A stretch of 63,813 nucleotides of DNA, counting the filler, from Folioceros fuciformis (lineage: Eukaryota): the NCBI GenBank assembly GCA_049999805.1. It is 9 parts of 9 records of this genome, joined end to end, with 100 filler letters (N's around TTAATTAATTAA, not from the genome) between each part and the next. Parts side by side here need not be neighbours in the genome. Positions count along the whole stretch, not along the records: positions 21,383 to 31,439 come from JBNGIO010004001.1; positions 31,540 to 42,612 come from JBNGIO010004003.1; 7 more parts are not named here. One strand, 5' to 3'. Below, piece by piece: positions 27,910 to 40,243 of the stretch. A program made the position numbers and the translations under genes. Under the pieces are notes generated by a model. The model was not told the DNA's origin. It searched no databases and saw only the letters and a program-made list of their open reading frames with translations. Numbering within the stretch: the first letter of the stretch is position 1; each line of letters begins with the position of its first letter.

Positions 27910-30690
27910 TGTTTAGATCCTAATAGTAGGATGCTATGCCTCTAGTCTGCTAAGTAAGACGCATGTTGTATTATTAGAAGAGAGGTACAGAAGGGTTACG
28001 GAGGTGTGTGTTTATATAGGACGGTTGGTGTGACCCTTCGCGAAGGGTCACACCCTTTCATGGTGTCCTATTGCTAAGGGTAGTGAGTAACTACTGGGCG
28101 GGGTTACGATCAGATTAATTGTCCCGTAACACTCCCTCTTAAGCTGATCGGAACCTAGCTGATGATGTAGGCTCCCTCTGAAGACTAAGTCTCTTCGTCA
28201 GTCTTAGGCTGGAGAGAGCTGGGGTGAGAAGTCAATCAGGCCTAACTTAAGCATGTGTTGGTAGTGGCATAGCTTGGGCCGGCCCTTGGTAAGTATGTCT
28301 GCAACATTATACTCTATTGCGACGTAGGTGGCCTTCACTACGCTGCACTCAATGACGTCCCGTATGTAGTGATGTTGGATTTCAATGTGCTTCATCTTGG
28401 AGTGGAACTTGGGGTTCCTAGTTAGGACGAGGGCCGACATGTTGTCACAATACAGGGGTGTTGGGCTCTCTTGCTTCTGGTCAATGTCGGCCAGAAAGGT
28501 TCGCTCCCACTCGACCTCCTTAGCAGCATCAGTGAGTGACTTGTACTCTTCTTCCATGGAGGAGAGAGCGATAGAAGTCTGCTTCTTGCAGCTCTAGCTC
28601 ATGGCTGCGGAAGACAAGAGAAAGCAGTATGTGCTAACTCTTACGTGAGTCAGGGTTGGAAGCCCAATCTGCGTTGGTGTAGCCTTCAAGTGATAGCTTC
28701 CCCGTGCCTGTGCTTCTATACACCAAGCCATAAGTGATAGTTCCTTTAAGTTAGCGGAAGATTCTCTTAACAGCAGCCCAGTGCGCCTTTCCTGCTGATT
28801 CCAAGAATTGGAACACAGTAGAAACCGAATATTGGATGTCAGGTATGGTCCATCCACTAACAAAGATAAGACTGCCCACAGCATGGCGATGGGGAACTGA
28901 CTCTAGGCATTGATCCGCTGTGAGCTTTGTGCCAACAGTGTGGGGGGTGCTGATGGGCCTGGCTTGGTCCAAGCAGAATTTCTCAAGTATCTCCTTGATA
29001 TACTTATGCTGAAAGATGACCAAGCTGCCTTGGGCTCTGTCTCTGAGGATATGGATTCCAAGGCAGAATCGAAGCTCGCCTATGTCCATCTCGAATCGGG
29101 TGCTCAAGAGCTGCTTTACCTCTTCTAACATGGCTTGGTTGTTTGTGGCGAGGATGAGGTCGTGCACATAGAGGGCGAGGAGCACAAAGTGGGGTCCTCA
29201 AGATAGCTTGTACACGTTCCCATCCGCAGAACACTGTATGAAGGAACAATCAATCAAGTAAGAGTGCATAGTGGTGTACTAAATGCGGCCACTCTGCTTG
29301 AGGCCGTAAATGCATTTCTTAAGTCTCAGCACTTTGTTTGGAAATTGCTTGTTGATGTATCCCTCGGGTTGGTCCATGTAGAGCTCCTCGTTAAGTGCTC
29401 CGTATAAGAAGGCGGTGCACACATCCATTTGGTGTAGCTCCAAATCAAGCTTTGCAGCCAAAGATAAGATAAGGCAAATAGATTGAGCTTGCACAACAAG
29501 GGAGAAAGTATCCTGATAGTCGAGCCCTTCAACTTGGGAGAAGCCTCGAGCTACCAAGCGAGCCTTGAAACGGGTGACTTGGCCTTGGGCGTTGAGCTTG
29601 AGCTTAAATGTCCATTGCAGTTGATCGGCTTCCTTCCATAGGGCGGATTGACCAGCTCCCAGGTCTTGTTCTTCACAAGGCTCTGGCATTCGTCCTCCAT
29701 TGCCAGCCGCCACTGGGAAGATTTTGGGCCCGAAAAGGCCTGAGAGAGGGTAGTAGGCTCTTCTAGAAGCGAGGGTGCTGAAGCATGTACGGCAAAAGGT
29801 GAGCTGAAGGAGCTCCTAAAGTCAATAGATTGATAAGGNNNNNNNNNNNNNNNNNNNNNNNNNNNNNNNNNNNNNNNNNNNNNNNNNNNNNNNNNNNNNN
29901 NNNNNNNNNNNNNNNNNNNNNNNNNNNNNNNNNNNNNNAAGCTCTGCAGCCAAATATAAGATGAGATGAGGAGGATAAGATGAGGCAAATAGACTGAGCT
30001 CGCACGATGGGGGAGAAGTTTTCTTGATAGTCGAGCCCTTCAACTTGGGAAAAGCCTCGGGCTACTACGCGGGCCTTACAACGGGCGACCTGGCCTTGGG
30101 CGTTGAGCTTGAGCTCAAGCATCCATTTGTAGCTGATCGGCTTCCTTCCATAGGGCGGATTGACCAACTCCCAGGTCTTGTTCTTCACAAGGCTCTGGTA
30201 TTCGTCCTCCATTGCGAGCCACCATTGGAAAGATTATGGGCCCGAAAAGGCCTGAGAGAGGGTAGTAAGCTCTTTCGGAAGCGAGCGTGCTGAAGCATGT
30301 ATGACAAAAGAGGAGGTGAAGGAGCTCCTAAAGTCAATAGATTGATAAGGAAGCTTGGCCCACTATGCTGGTGGCGGGCGATGACGAGTGCTGCTGTGCG
30401 GCCCAAGGGGAGGCCCAGCCTCAGGGGGTGATGCCTCAAGAACTGGCGTAAGCTCAGGTGGCACATCAGCAACAGCCTCATCTGGGGCATGGAGATCTAC
30501 TGATAGGGGACCCAAGGGCTCTTCAGCATGTGGTACATCAAGCAGAGGTGCAGAGGTGGCAACATCTCCCTTCGAAGGTGGCGGAGGAGAAGGGTCACCA
30601 TTGTCGTCCTTAGGGTCAATGTCTTGTTAGGGATCACCATCATCCATTGGGAATTGTGATAGGGAATTAGGTTGGTGGTGATCAAGACCT
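27910..30690 (-). mobile_element. Copia 3' half (RT, RNase H, PPT, 3' LTR 27910-28131), related to the element at 570-4829
   Basis: FKARLVARGFSQVEGLDYQ, HQMDVCTAFLYG, LYCDN, VADILTK; PPT AAGAGGGAG; LTR TGTTAC...AAACA. The start of RT is present twice around the gap 29839-29938. Confidence 0.92.
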
Positions 30691-30862
30691 GGAAGTGTAG
30701 TGTGTGTTAAGCATGATTAATGTTGAGATTAATTAGTGCTAATCCAGCTTATTGAGTTTGTACTAATTAGTGGTAAGAGTGATTAAGGTTATGATTAATA
30801 TATATATAGCTTATTAGACTTTGCTATATTAGGCAAAAAAAAGTATTGAACTATCTCAACAG

Positions 30863-31439
30863 TGTGAACCTCTAAAGTTTGGGGTAGTAGTTTGTTTTGG
30901 TTGAAAAAGGGTTAATAGTGGTATGGTTTGGTTTTCTTTTTTAACTTATTTTCCCTAAATTTCCTTGATTTTCTGGTCATTTTTTCTATTTTTTTTGTGC
31001 TAATTAGGTTAATTGACCAAGAAATAGTTGGTTTGGTTATAAGAGTGGGTATAGGTTTGGTCCCAGACCTGGGAAGGTTTACATTCGGTACCAGGCCATA
31101 GGGTTGGGTGATTAGTTTAATATTAATTAAAGATATATATATATATTAGAGGATATTATATAAGGATAATATATTATCCTTATAATATATTATCCTCTAT
31201 ATTAATATATTATCCTCTAATAGATTATATAATAATATTAAATAATATTAAATAATGGTTTGAACATAGGAACGGGTATCTGGGTATGTCAGGGTCTGAC
31301 GATGGGTATGTCAGTGTCAGGGGTCAGGGTCTGACGATAGGCTGGCTGATTGCTTGGCTGGCATGAACGGCCATGGAGGCCATGCCCTAGCTAGAGCTAG
31401 AGGCAAGGGTTGCGGCCGCCCCCATCCCTTTTCCCCCTT
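30863..31439 (+). mobile_element. LTR-like terminus, family A
   Basis: Reverse-complement match to about 70-569. Confidence 0.78.
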
Positions 31440-31539
31440 NNNNNNNNNNNNNNNNNNNNNNNNNNNNNNNNNNNNNNNNNNNNTTAATTAATTAANNNNN
31501 NNNNNNNNNNNNNNNNNNNNNNNNNNNNNNNNNNNNNNN

Positions 31540-31915
31540 CCTCCCTCCCACGTCCTTCAGATTCTCCTTCCAATCCCTTGCCGTGTCCGCCAGGTTGTCC
31601 TTAGCTTCCCCAGCTTTGACAGCCAGTTTGTCCCCAGCGTCTTGAGCCCTTCCCTTCACCTCTCCGGCCTTGCTAGCCAAGTTTCCTCCGGCGCCTTTCG
31701 CCTTGGCAGCCGCATTGTCGCCCAGTTCATCCGCCCTACCCTTAGCTTCGCCTCCTTTGTTCGCCAGGTTCTGGCCCACTTTCTCCGTATCGTCTGCCAG
31801 CCTATCTCCCGCCTGTTCTACCCTGTCCGTCGCGTCTCCTGCCGCCTCCGCTGCCTGCTCGCTTCCTCTGTTCACCACCTCCGCCCAAGTTGGCTTCTCT
31901 CCGTTCTCATCTGCT
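31540..31915 (-). CDS. LEA (late embryogenesis abundant)-like hydrophilic protein, partial exon
   Basis: A/G/D/E/K-rich with about 11-aa periodicity (KGGEAKGRADE, KAGEVKGRAQD, KAGEAKDNLAD). The 3' end is lost at the scaffold edge and the start exon was not located. Confidence 0.7.
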
Positions 31916-32614
31916 CTGCTCCAAATTTGCTGCCATCAAATCACAAGAAGTAGACCTTGTCAGACAGCCAACCCGCATTGTGCTCGTTACATTGCACAAC
32001 GCTCGCTAAGAATTGCCGGAAAGGTTTTACGGAAGGTGTTTACCTGCTTCAGGTGGGAGTTGTCCATGGTGAAGCAATTCTAACTTGGATTGAAACCTCT
32101 AGCAGCGATGGCTAGGCTGTGTCTCACCTGCTCAGAGGAGAAGCAATAGAAGGAAGAAAAATTCTGTAGCAACAAGACAGTGTTGCTAAATTACAATGGA
32201 TCGATCGATCGATCGACTGCCGAGCGTTCCAAGTACTGTACACGAAAGCCCGAAAACCGTCTAAACCGACAAACCATTTATGCAAGACGGCTCATCCGCA
32301 ACAGCAACACACCAGGGCCCAACTCCTGCGAGTCGTGGCCAACCGGCGACCTCCATGAGGCAAACTGACAGGACAAGTGTCCGCCGCGTACAGCCAGTTC
32401 TGCATGTCAGCCACGTGCCTGCAGTAAAGGCCTCCACCTCCGTGCAATATGTCACATCGACTGTCCTGGGGTGTACAGCACAAATGACATCTACTACGGA
32501 ACTACACTATGTAACATTGATGCGATCAGGCGCTGAGAGTGATTGTTTCAATTTGGGAAGAGTGTTGGAGGAAGCAAGAAACCCGTGGATCGGTTTGCGA
32601 AGGACCAAGCTTTG

Positions 32615-34363
32615 TCACGACTGGCTCAGCACGTCTGCGGAAGCCAGTAGATATTCTCGGGCAAACGTTTTGGCTCTCCTAGCCTGTTGGATCACTGTCT
32701 CATCGAGAACATCTGGAAGGGGCTTTTTCCAGGGCATGTCTTCCACGCCGGGCATGGGCACGGAGGCCCCGATTCTGGCATGCTCCATCTTGGCCAACCA
32801 CGCCTTCATGCTGGATATCTTGAACTGGCCTTTGGAGCACATGCTATGTTCCACACCGACTATGCCACGATAGTGGTGGAACGCTGCCACTCTGTGGTTC
32901 AGGTGGACTCCCCCCGTCTCCGGATCCAGAACTCTGTGAATCCCAGCATTCAGGATCCTCCTCGGGTTTGCAGCATACTTCCGCCTGCCGTGCGCACCCA
33001 GACAGATGAACTCCAGGTCTACGGGGTGCCAGCACTCGGGCGTGGCCCTCCTCATCACAGCCTTCTCGATCTCCCAATGCTCTTCCGTCAGAGACCTAAA
33101 GCTGCCGTCGGAGTCCTCCGACCGTGTGCCATTCACATCCGCCTCCCTCGTGGCACAGAGCTCCGTCTTGTGCGGCATGGACCCGAAAGTGACCCAAGGC
33201 TTGTCCCTATGCTCGGACAGGATGCTTCCAAGAGTGCGTGGATGGACGGGAAGCAGAAACTCGTCGAAGTCGAAATGCAAAACCCAGTTGGACATGGTTC
33301 TTGCCGCATTGAAGCAGTGGTTGATGGCCAGAACCTGATGGTGGTACCAAGCTTCATACCTACTGCCCTCCTGCACATCGATGACAGACAGAAAGCCGTC
33401 GGCTGCGTAGGGCCGGAAAACCCTCAGCAAGGTCGCATCCACCCCTCCAGCGTCATAAATGACGAAGTGCACCTTCCCTTCGAACATAGCGAAATGGTAA
33501 GCCAGCCACTGTCTCACAACCTTGGCGCTCACGTTCCTGTAAATCGGAGCGCTGCATAAGGCATATTCATACTGGAAAGGAGGCTGAAAAGCCGTAGGCA
33601 GAGGCAAAGCCTGCGGGGCCGCCTCTAGGGCCTGTACTCGGATGTAGTCTCCTTCCAGCGGCGAGAATGTGGAGACGTTAAGGAACAGCTTTCCTCCCAA
33701 GTCTCGATCGATGGCCCTGTCGAACTCGCAGTGGACGAACAAGGGGGAGTAAGTGAGGCGGTAGGTCTCTCCAAACCAGACTTTTCTGTACCTTTGCACC
33801 TTCACTCGCAAGCTCGGGAGACTGTTCCCCGGGTACTCCCACTCGCACGCATCTACGGCGCTGCGGCTCATGTTCTGCATGATCCCGGGGGTGAGCCCCA
33901 GGACGGAAACGGTCGTGGGCGAGATTGGGTGCACGCTGAATCGCACAAACATGAATGGCGCTAGTCCATGTTCCTGGAACTGCGTCTGCCCCAAGCCATC
34001 CTCCCCTTGCACGAGCAGCTCTCCCCCTGCTTCCTGCTGTTCCCCGTGACGAGGGAAAAGCAAATTCCGGCGAAGTGGCAGCCAGCTGCGCTCGAGGTCC
34101 GCACCCACATTTCGGTTGCTGAGGCCCTGGGCAATTTCCTCCCGAGACTTCGCGAGCTGGTCTAGAACCCGCACATACTGGAACTTGAGGTTCAGGTTGG
34201 TGCATGTGAGCACCAAGCACGTGAGGACGAGCAGGAGAAGCACAAAACTGTTAGAGCAGAAGCGGAGGGGCGTGGTGTACACTGCGAGACTTCTGGAAAC
34301 TGAAGCGGCGGGCCGCGGGCGGGCATTGGGTGGGAGAAGCCGCAGATGCCGAGATTGCGTCAT
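32615..34363 (-). CDS. Glycosyltransferase family 92, beta-1,4-galactan synthase (GALS)-like, 582 aa, single exon
   Basis: Type II membrane topology (FVLLLLVLTCLVLTC). Motifs YEYALCSAPIY, VRQWLAYH, HFVIYDAGG, WYHHQVLAINHC, WVLHFDFDEF (DxD), GRRKYAANPR, GIH, HHYRG. Confidence 0.9.
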   Translation of the reverse strand: MTQSRHLRLLPPNARPRPAASVSRSLAVYTTPLRFCSNSFVLLLLVLTCLVLTCTNLNLKFQYVRVLDQLAKSREEIAQGLSNRNVGADLERSWLPLRRNLLFPRHGEQQEAGGELLVQGEDGLGQTQFQEHGLAPFMFVRFSVHPISPTTVSVLGLTPGIMQNMSRSAVDACEWEYPGNSLPSLRVKVQRYRKVWFGETYRLTYSPLFVHCEFDRAIDRDLGGKLFLNVSTFSPLEGDYIRVQALEAAPQALPLPTAFQPPFQYEYALCSAPIYRNVSAKVVRQWLAYHFAMFEGKVHFVIYDAGGVDATLLRVFRPYAADGFLSVIDVQEGSRYEAWYHHQVLAINHCFNAARTMSNWVLHFDFDEFLLPVHPRTLGSILSEHRDKPWVTFGSMPHKTELCATREADVNGTRSEDSDGSFRSLTEEHWEIEKAVMRRATPECWHPVDLEFICLGAHGRRKYAANPRRILNAGIHRVLDPETGGVHLNHRVAAFHHYRGIVGVEHSMCSKGQFKISSMKAWLAKMEHARIGASVPMPGVEDMPWKKPLPDVLDETVIQQARRAKTFAREYLLASADVLSQS

Positions 34364-35603
34364 GGGCTCGGCTCTTCCTGCTGATTCTCGAGCCTCCCTC
34401 TCCTAGCTCAATCTGCACGGCTACAGCCCACGTCCGGTCCCTTCCCTCCGTCCAAAGCCCCCCCTCTTCGGTCGATTCCATGAAGCTGCATTGCCTTCCA
34501 AGTTGGAGCAGGCATGCTCCTCGTGGGATGCGCAGGAATGGGTTCTGATCTCCCCTCCCTACCACGGAACACGAGAGACAAGTGCATGGTCAGAAGCCTG
34601 ACCACGGCAAGGACAGACGCCAGACTGCCATGATTTTATTTATTTTTCGCACTCAAAGCGCTCCAGTATGATGCCTATTGTCATACACAGTATGATAAAC
34701 AAAGCAGGCGACGTCTGGGTGATGGTCCAGCCGGTTCCCCATAACAGGCGTCACTTTGAAAAGGAGTGTCATCTGGTTGGCTCGTGCCATCTGGAATTGG
34801 GACATAGGGAAAGGGGTTGCCTCGTGAGATCTGGCATCGGGACATAGGGAAAAGGGATGCCTCGTTCGGTGGATACGTCACAACGAAGCAGCTTGGCTCG
34901 CGGCATCGGGAGCCCGGAGGACCCCTCGGCACGAAGTGAACGGAACAGAGAGAACAAAAGGCCCAAGCAGCCGAGCAGCTCGCTTACACTACATGGATTT
35001 ATATTTATTAATTCGGTTATGCCCTGCTGATGGGGGTCTCCCGTTTTCAGCTAAAACCGTGTCTTAAGTGAATCTCCCATTCCCGTTCATAGACTAATCT
35101 TTCTTTCTTCCTTGAGCAATTAGCTGGAAATTTTCGTGGTGAATTATTTTGTAATAATATTATACAACTCATTCTCCATGACTGGACAAATATATTATAT
35201 GATATTACTTTTTATAATATTGAAATAGTGCTCATCATTTCAGTTCTAAAACATTAAGCTAGAACTATTGAAATATGTAGCAGAAGAGAAACATAAGTCC
35301 CAGAAAAAATTGGAACACAAGTATCCAGCTTCAAGTCTAGAGGCCATAGCTATATGGGCCACAAAGAGACAAGTGTTACAACAGAAAAGGCATGTGGTTG
35401 CTTTTCATAGCTATATGGGCCACAAAGAGACAAGTGCTACAACAGAAAAGGCATGTGGTTGCTTTTCTGCCTTCATCTCGCTTAAAGTTACTGACATACA
35501 ACAGTATGTTGGAGTTATGAAAACACCATGCAAGTCCAAGCTCCCGATTCAGACTTACAATACATACACTTAGTGCACTGTGGAGTCTGGAGTTGGAGCA
35601 CCT

Positions 35604-35779
35604 GGCCCTGGCTAGTATGACAGCACAGCATCACCGAGAGAGTCAAGAGACTTTTATAAAATTGTACAGTGGTAAGGTAAGCAAGTAGATGCTTGTCTCT
35701 TGCACAAACCGTATGGAACTAGTCCTGGACACTCCTGAAATCAAGGGACAACTTAAAAGAAACAAAAGTTCCTACTTGT
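35604..35779 (+). repeat. About 175-bp direct repeat, second copy at about 39850-40025
   Basis: GCCCTGGCTAGTA...GAGAGTCAAGAGACT...GGACACTCCTG...AGAAACAAAAGTTCCT is shared by both positions. Confidence 0.9.
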
Positions 35780-38280
35780 ACAAACAATTTTTGTTGTTCT
35801 TTAGGACATCGGCATCGATGCATCCAAGTGACAAACAAGCGACGTTGGAAGAGGTAGTTGGTTTGCTTCTATAAGAGGATCTGGAGAATTCATTCAAGAA
35901 TGAAGACGATGGTGACTCGGTGCTCTTTTCAAGGAAGAGAAAGTCACAAGGGAAGACCTCATAAGACAACTTTGGTGAAGGATCAAAGGAGAAAGCTACA
36001 AAGAAAAAGATGTGTGGTACTTGCCATTATTGTAAGAAACCTAAGCACTACGCAAAAGACTATAGGACAAGATTGGCTGACTTGAAGAAGGGAAGACAGT
36101 CATAAGCCAATCAAGCGAGTGAACGAGAAGAACTTCTTTTTGCTACTTCAACGATAGAGAAAGTGCGAGAGCGCTCATCAAAGAAGGATGAGAGTCTATA
36201 CCTAGACTTTGGAGCATCTTAATACCTCACCTACAAGCGACCTTGGATCTCAAGCTACAAAGAAATGCCGACAGGGCATAAGGTGGCGCTTGGAGACAAT
36301 TGGTCACCCGAGATCAAAGAGAAAGGCGTGATGAAGGTAAACCTACCTGGAGGAGTATCCAAAGGTACTATGAAGGATGTACACCATGTACCTGGTCTTG
36401 TGAAGAATCTTCTTTCAGTAGCAAGAATCATTGACCCAGGAAATGAGATTGTGTTCAAATCGAATGGATGCCGCATCCAACCCGAGCAACCCGAATCACC
36501 TACTATCAAGATGATAGCTTGAGGTGTTCCAGAAGGCAATCTCTACAAGTTGTGTGCTTCTGTAGGAGATGAAAAAGCTTACACAATTGTGTCAAGCTCG
36601 CCTCAAAGCATAGGGTCAATTGATCTGTGGCATCAACGCTTAGGACACACCAGAGTGGACAAGGTCAAGTTGATGAAGAGTCATCAAATGGTGAAAGTCT
36701 TGGATTTGAAGGAGGATGGAGAGGCGGAATTATACCAAGGGTGCATAATGAGAAAACTTCATCTAACAAAGTTCCCCAAGATCGGAGCGCATCGAACAAC
36801 AAAAGCGTTGGAGCTTGTACACACCGATGTGTGCGGAGCAATGAAGAATCCTACCCATGGTGGAGCGTGCTACATTTTAGTCTTCGTGGATGACTTCACA
36901 AGGAGGAGTTGGACATATCTCTTGAAGGAGAAATCCGAGGTGAAAACACATTCAAGATGTGGAAGGCCTTGGTGGAAAACGAGAGTGGAGAATGCCTAAA
37001 GACTCTGAGAAGTGACAATGGAGGGGAGTACATCTCTTCTCAATTCAAAAGCTTTTGCAAGGAGTGTGGTGTTCGGAGACAACTCACAATTCCTCACACA
37101 CCGGGGCAAAATAGAGTAGCAGAGCACAAGCTAAGAAGCGTGGAAGTGGCAAAATGCATGCTCCATTGAAGTGGGTTGGAGGTACATTTTTTGGGAGAGG
37201 CTGTTGTTATAGCAACTTACATTTTGAATAGAGTTCCACCTAAGGCTGTGCTTGGAATGACTCTAGAGGAGGCATGGTTTGGTATCAAACCAAATGTAAC
37301 TCATTTTAGGATTTTTGGTTCTGTGGTTTATGCTCATGTTTCGAAGCAGAACCGAACCAAGTGGGATCCTAAAAGCACCCAATGCATCATGATTAGGTAC
37401 TCTGATAAGGTAAAAGGGTATAGGTTGTATAACCCTTCTACTAAGAAGATCATCTTCAGTAGAGATGTTATTTTTCATGAAGTTGTAGAACTTAACAAAG
37501 TAGTGGGAGCAACTCAAGTTGTTGTCGAGGAGCTAAGGCAACTAGATGAAGTCCCTCAAGACTTGGTTCTTGAACAACATACTCTATAGCAAACTCAACC
37601 TACTCCGGAGCGTAAGCAACATTGGCATCAAGACGATAAGAGGAGAGGAAGAAACTCGAAGCGTCGAAGATGATGAAGAGGAGTAAGATCGAAGAATTCA
37701 AGAGGAACAACCAACCCAACTTAGAAGATCAGCAAGGTGATGGAAACCTTTGCACAAGATATTGGAGTCCATAATCACGTGTAAGTATGAAGTGGCTTTG
37801 TTAGTAGAGGCCGATGAGCTACAAACATTGAAGAAAGCGTTGGCATGACCAAAGGCGAAGGAGTGGAAACGAGCTCTGGATAGTGAGTATAACTCACTTA
37901 TCAAGAACAAGATGCTTGGGTTGAAGGACTAATTTTGATTAGTTGAGTAGGAGTGTTAGAAGTGGTTTATTACAACATATCAAAATTAGTTAATGAAGAG
38001 TGCCATAAACTAGTCTATATGAAAGGTGCCCTAAAAATGAGTTTTCAAGACAAAGACAAAGGAGCATTTCTTGAAGGGACAAGCCAAAGTCAAACCCACA
38101 AGGGAAGAGGCAAGTCAAGGACCAATAGCATGGAAGGCCTAGGAGCTTATAAAGGCTTAGTCTACCCAAGGGTAGTGCATACTTGTGTGTAGGCTTGTGT
38201 GCCATCTTGTTGTAGAAGTGTGCATAGCACACTTATGTTCTATAGTGTGTGGGAACATTGTATGACCTCTCTATAAAGGC
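35780..38280 (+). mobile_element. Ty1/copia remnant (gag end, PR, IN; RT/RH deleted; PPT and 3' LTR from 37954)
   Basis: CHYCKKPKHYAKD, LWHQRLGH, LELVHTDVCG, LRSDNGGEY. LIKNK joins directly to terminal MLGLKD*, then TGAGTAGGAG-TGTTAG. Confidence 0.88.
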
Positions 38281-39550
38281 CTACATCTTTGGTTTCCTTG
38301 TTTGTCGCTTGGACGCATCAATGCTGATGTCTTGAAGGCCAACATAAATTGCTTGTACATTGATGGTAAGCTACTCAACAACACCACAATGATCATTCCT
38401 TCGAATGGTTTGATGTCCGCCGCCTTCATTTGATCCACCAAGTTCTTTAAATTGTTGACGTGTTGTTGAATGTATCCCCTTCAACCATCTTGAAGTTGGA
38501 AAGTTGTTGCTCCAACAACATCTCATTCATCATACTTTTCTTTTCGTACATGTTGCAAAGGGTGGTCCACACCGTCTTCGATGTTGCACACTCACCGTCT
38601 TCGATGTTGCACACTCACTCAATTGAGAGAGTATGTCGTCAGGCAGGTTGAGACAGATTGTCGCCAATGCTCGTCCATCTTAATCAAGGTCTCCTTCGCT
38701 GGGTGTGTCTTCGAGGCTCGCGTTGACGAATTTCCATACTCCTCTCTCAATGAGAAGCATCTTTATCTTCAACTTCCACAATGTGAAGTTCTTGGCTCCA
38801 AACTTCTCCACCAAGCGCATCTCAAGAAGATGCGTTTCCACGCTTGTTGACGCCATCTATTGTATGCTCTCACATTACTCTCAAACACTAGAAGAATTGC
38901 TACTAAGGTCTTCACAATTGCACACAAGCTCAAGGCTAAGAGTTATGGAATTGTGCACAAACTCTCACAAGCACAAGGCTAAGAGTTTGGCTATTGAACA
39001 AGTCAACGATTTGAAGAACAACACCTCAATAATTTGAAGAATTTGGTGGATCAAACGAAGGTGGACATCAAACCATTCGCAGGAAGAATCATTGTAGTGT
39101 TGTTGAGTAGCTTACCATCAGTGTATAAGCAATTTGTGTTGGCCTTCAAGACATCAACATTGATGTGTCCAAGCAACAATCAAGGAAACCAAAGATCTAT
39201 AGAGAGGTCATACAATGTTCCCACACAATATAGGACATATGTGTGCTATACACACTTCTACAACAAGATGGCACACAAGCCTTCACACAAGTATACACTA
39301 CCCTTGGGTAGGCTAAGCCTTTATAAGCTCCTAGGCCTTCCATGCTATTGGTCCTTGACTTGTCTCTTGCCTTATGGGCTTGACTTTGGCTTGCTTTGAA
39401 ATGTTCCTTTGTCTTTATCTACAAGATGCTTTCTAGTCTTTATCTAAAAGATGCTTTTTAATCTTTATTTAGATGGCACCATTTACATAGATTAGATAAG
39501 GGCATTCTTCATTAAATAATTTTAATATATTATAATAAATTACTTTTAAT
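37954..39550. repeat. Long inverted repeat (arms about 37954-38460 and 39000-39550) made of LTR plus gag sequence
   Basis: ORF-track peptides 37990-38232 (minus) and 39034-39399 (plus) are near-identical (HFYNKMAHKP.HKY.LPLGRLSLYKLLGLPCYWSLTCL). The spacer holds minus-strand gag (VEKFGAKNFTLWKLKI). Confidence 0.88.
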
Positions 39551-39584
39551 ATACTTAGTACACGTAGTGCTCTGCCGTTGCGTG

Positions 39585-39856
39585 GAGTTTGGAGCTCGAG
39601 CACAATGGAGTATGGAGCTGGTAAAGTTTGGAGCTCGAGCACAATGGAGTATGGAGCTGGTAAAGTTTGGAGCTCGAGCACAANNNNNNNNNNNNNNNNN
39701 NNNNNNNNNNNNNNNNNNNNNNNNNNNNNNNNNNNNNNNNNNNNNNNNNNNNNNNNNNNNNNNNNNNNNNNNNNNNNNNNNNNCTGGAGCACCGTGGAGT
39801 TTGGCCCTGGAGCACCGTGGAGTTTGGCCCTGGAGCACCGTGGAGTTTGGCCCTGG
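39585..39856 (+). repeat. Minisatellites, 39-bp and 23-bp units, on either side of a gap
   Basis: GTTTGGAGCTCGAGCACAATGGAGTATGGAGCTGGTAAA x2.5 and CTGGAGCACCGTGGAGTTTGGCC x3. Confidence 0.9.
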
Positions 39857-40243
39857 CTAGTACGATAGCACACCATGGCCAAGAGAGTCAAGAGACTCTT
39901 ATAAAATTGTACAGTGGTAAGGTAAGCAAGTAGATGCTTGTCTCTTGCACAAACCGTGTGGAACTAGTCCTGGACACTCCTGGAATCAAGGGACAACTTG
40001 AAAGAAACAAAAGTTCCTGCTTGTTTTACTTGCATGGTACCGGATGTCGGGAGGGACACTCCTGGAATCAAGGGACAACTTGAAAGAAACAAAAGTTCCG
40101 GCTTGTTTCACTTGCATGGTACCGGATGTCCTCCCGATGATGAGCGCATCACAAGTCTTAGATTACAATATTATTCACGAGCACTGCAAATCTGCCAAAT
40201 GAGAACAGGCGATTGGGACTATCAAAAGTGTTAGCATACAACG

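Noticed and set aside
32280-33559. Long plus-strand ORFs (197 and 290 aa; likewise 41151-41876 and 49939-50613)
   Set aside because: Antisense shadows of GC-rich coding sequence on the minus strand.
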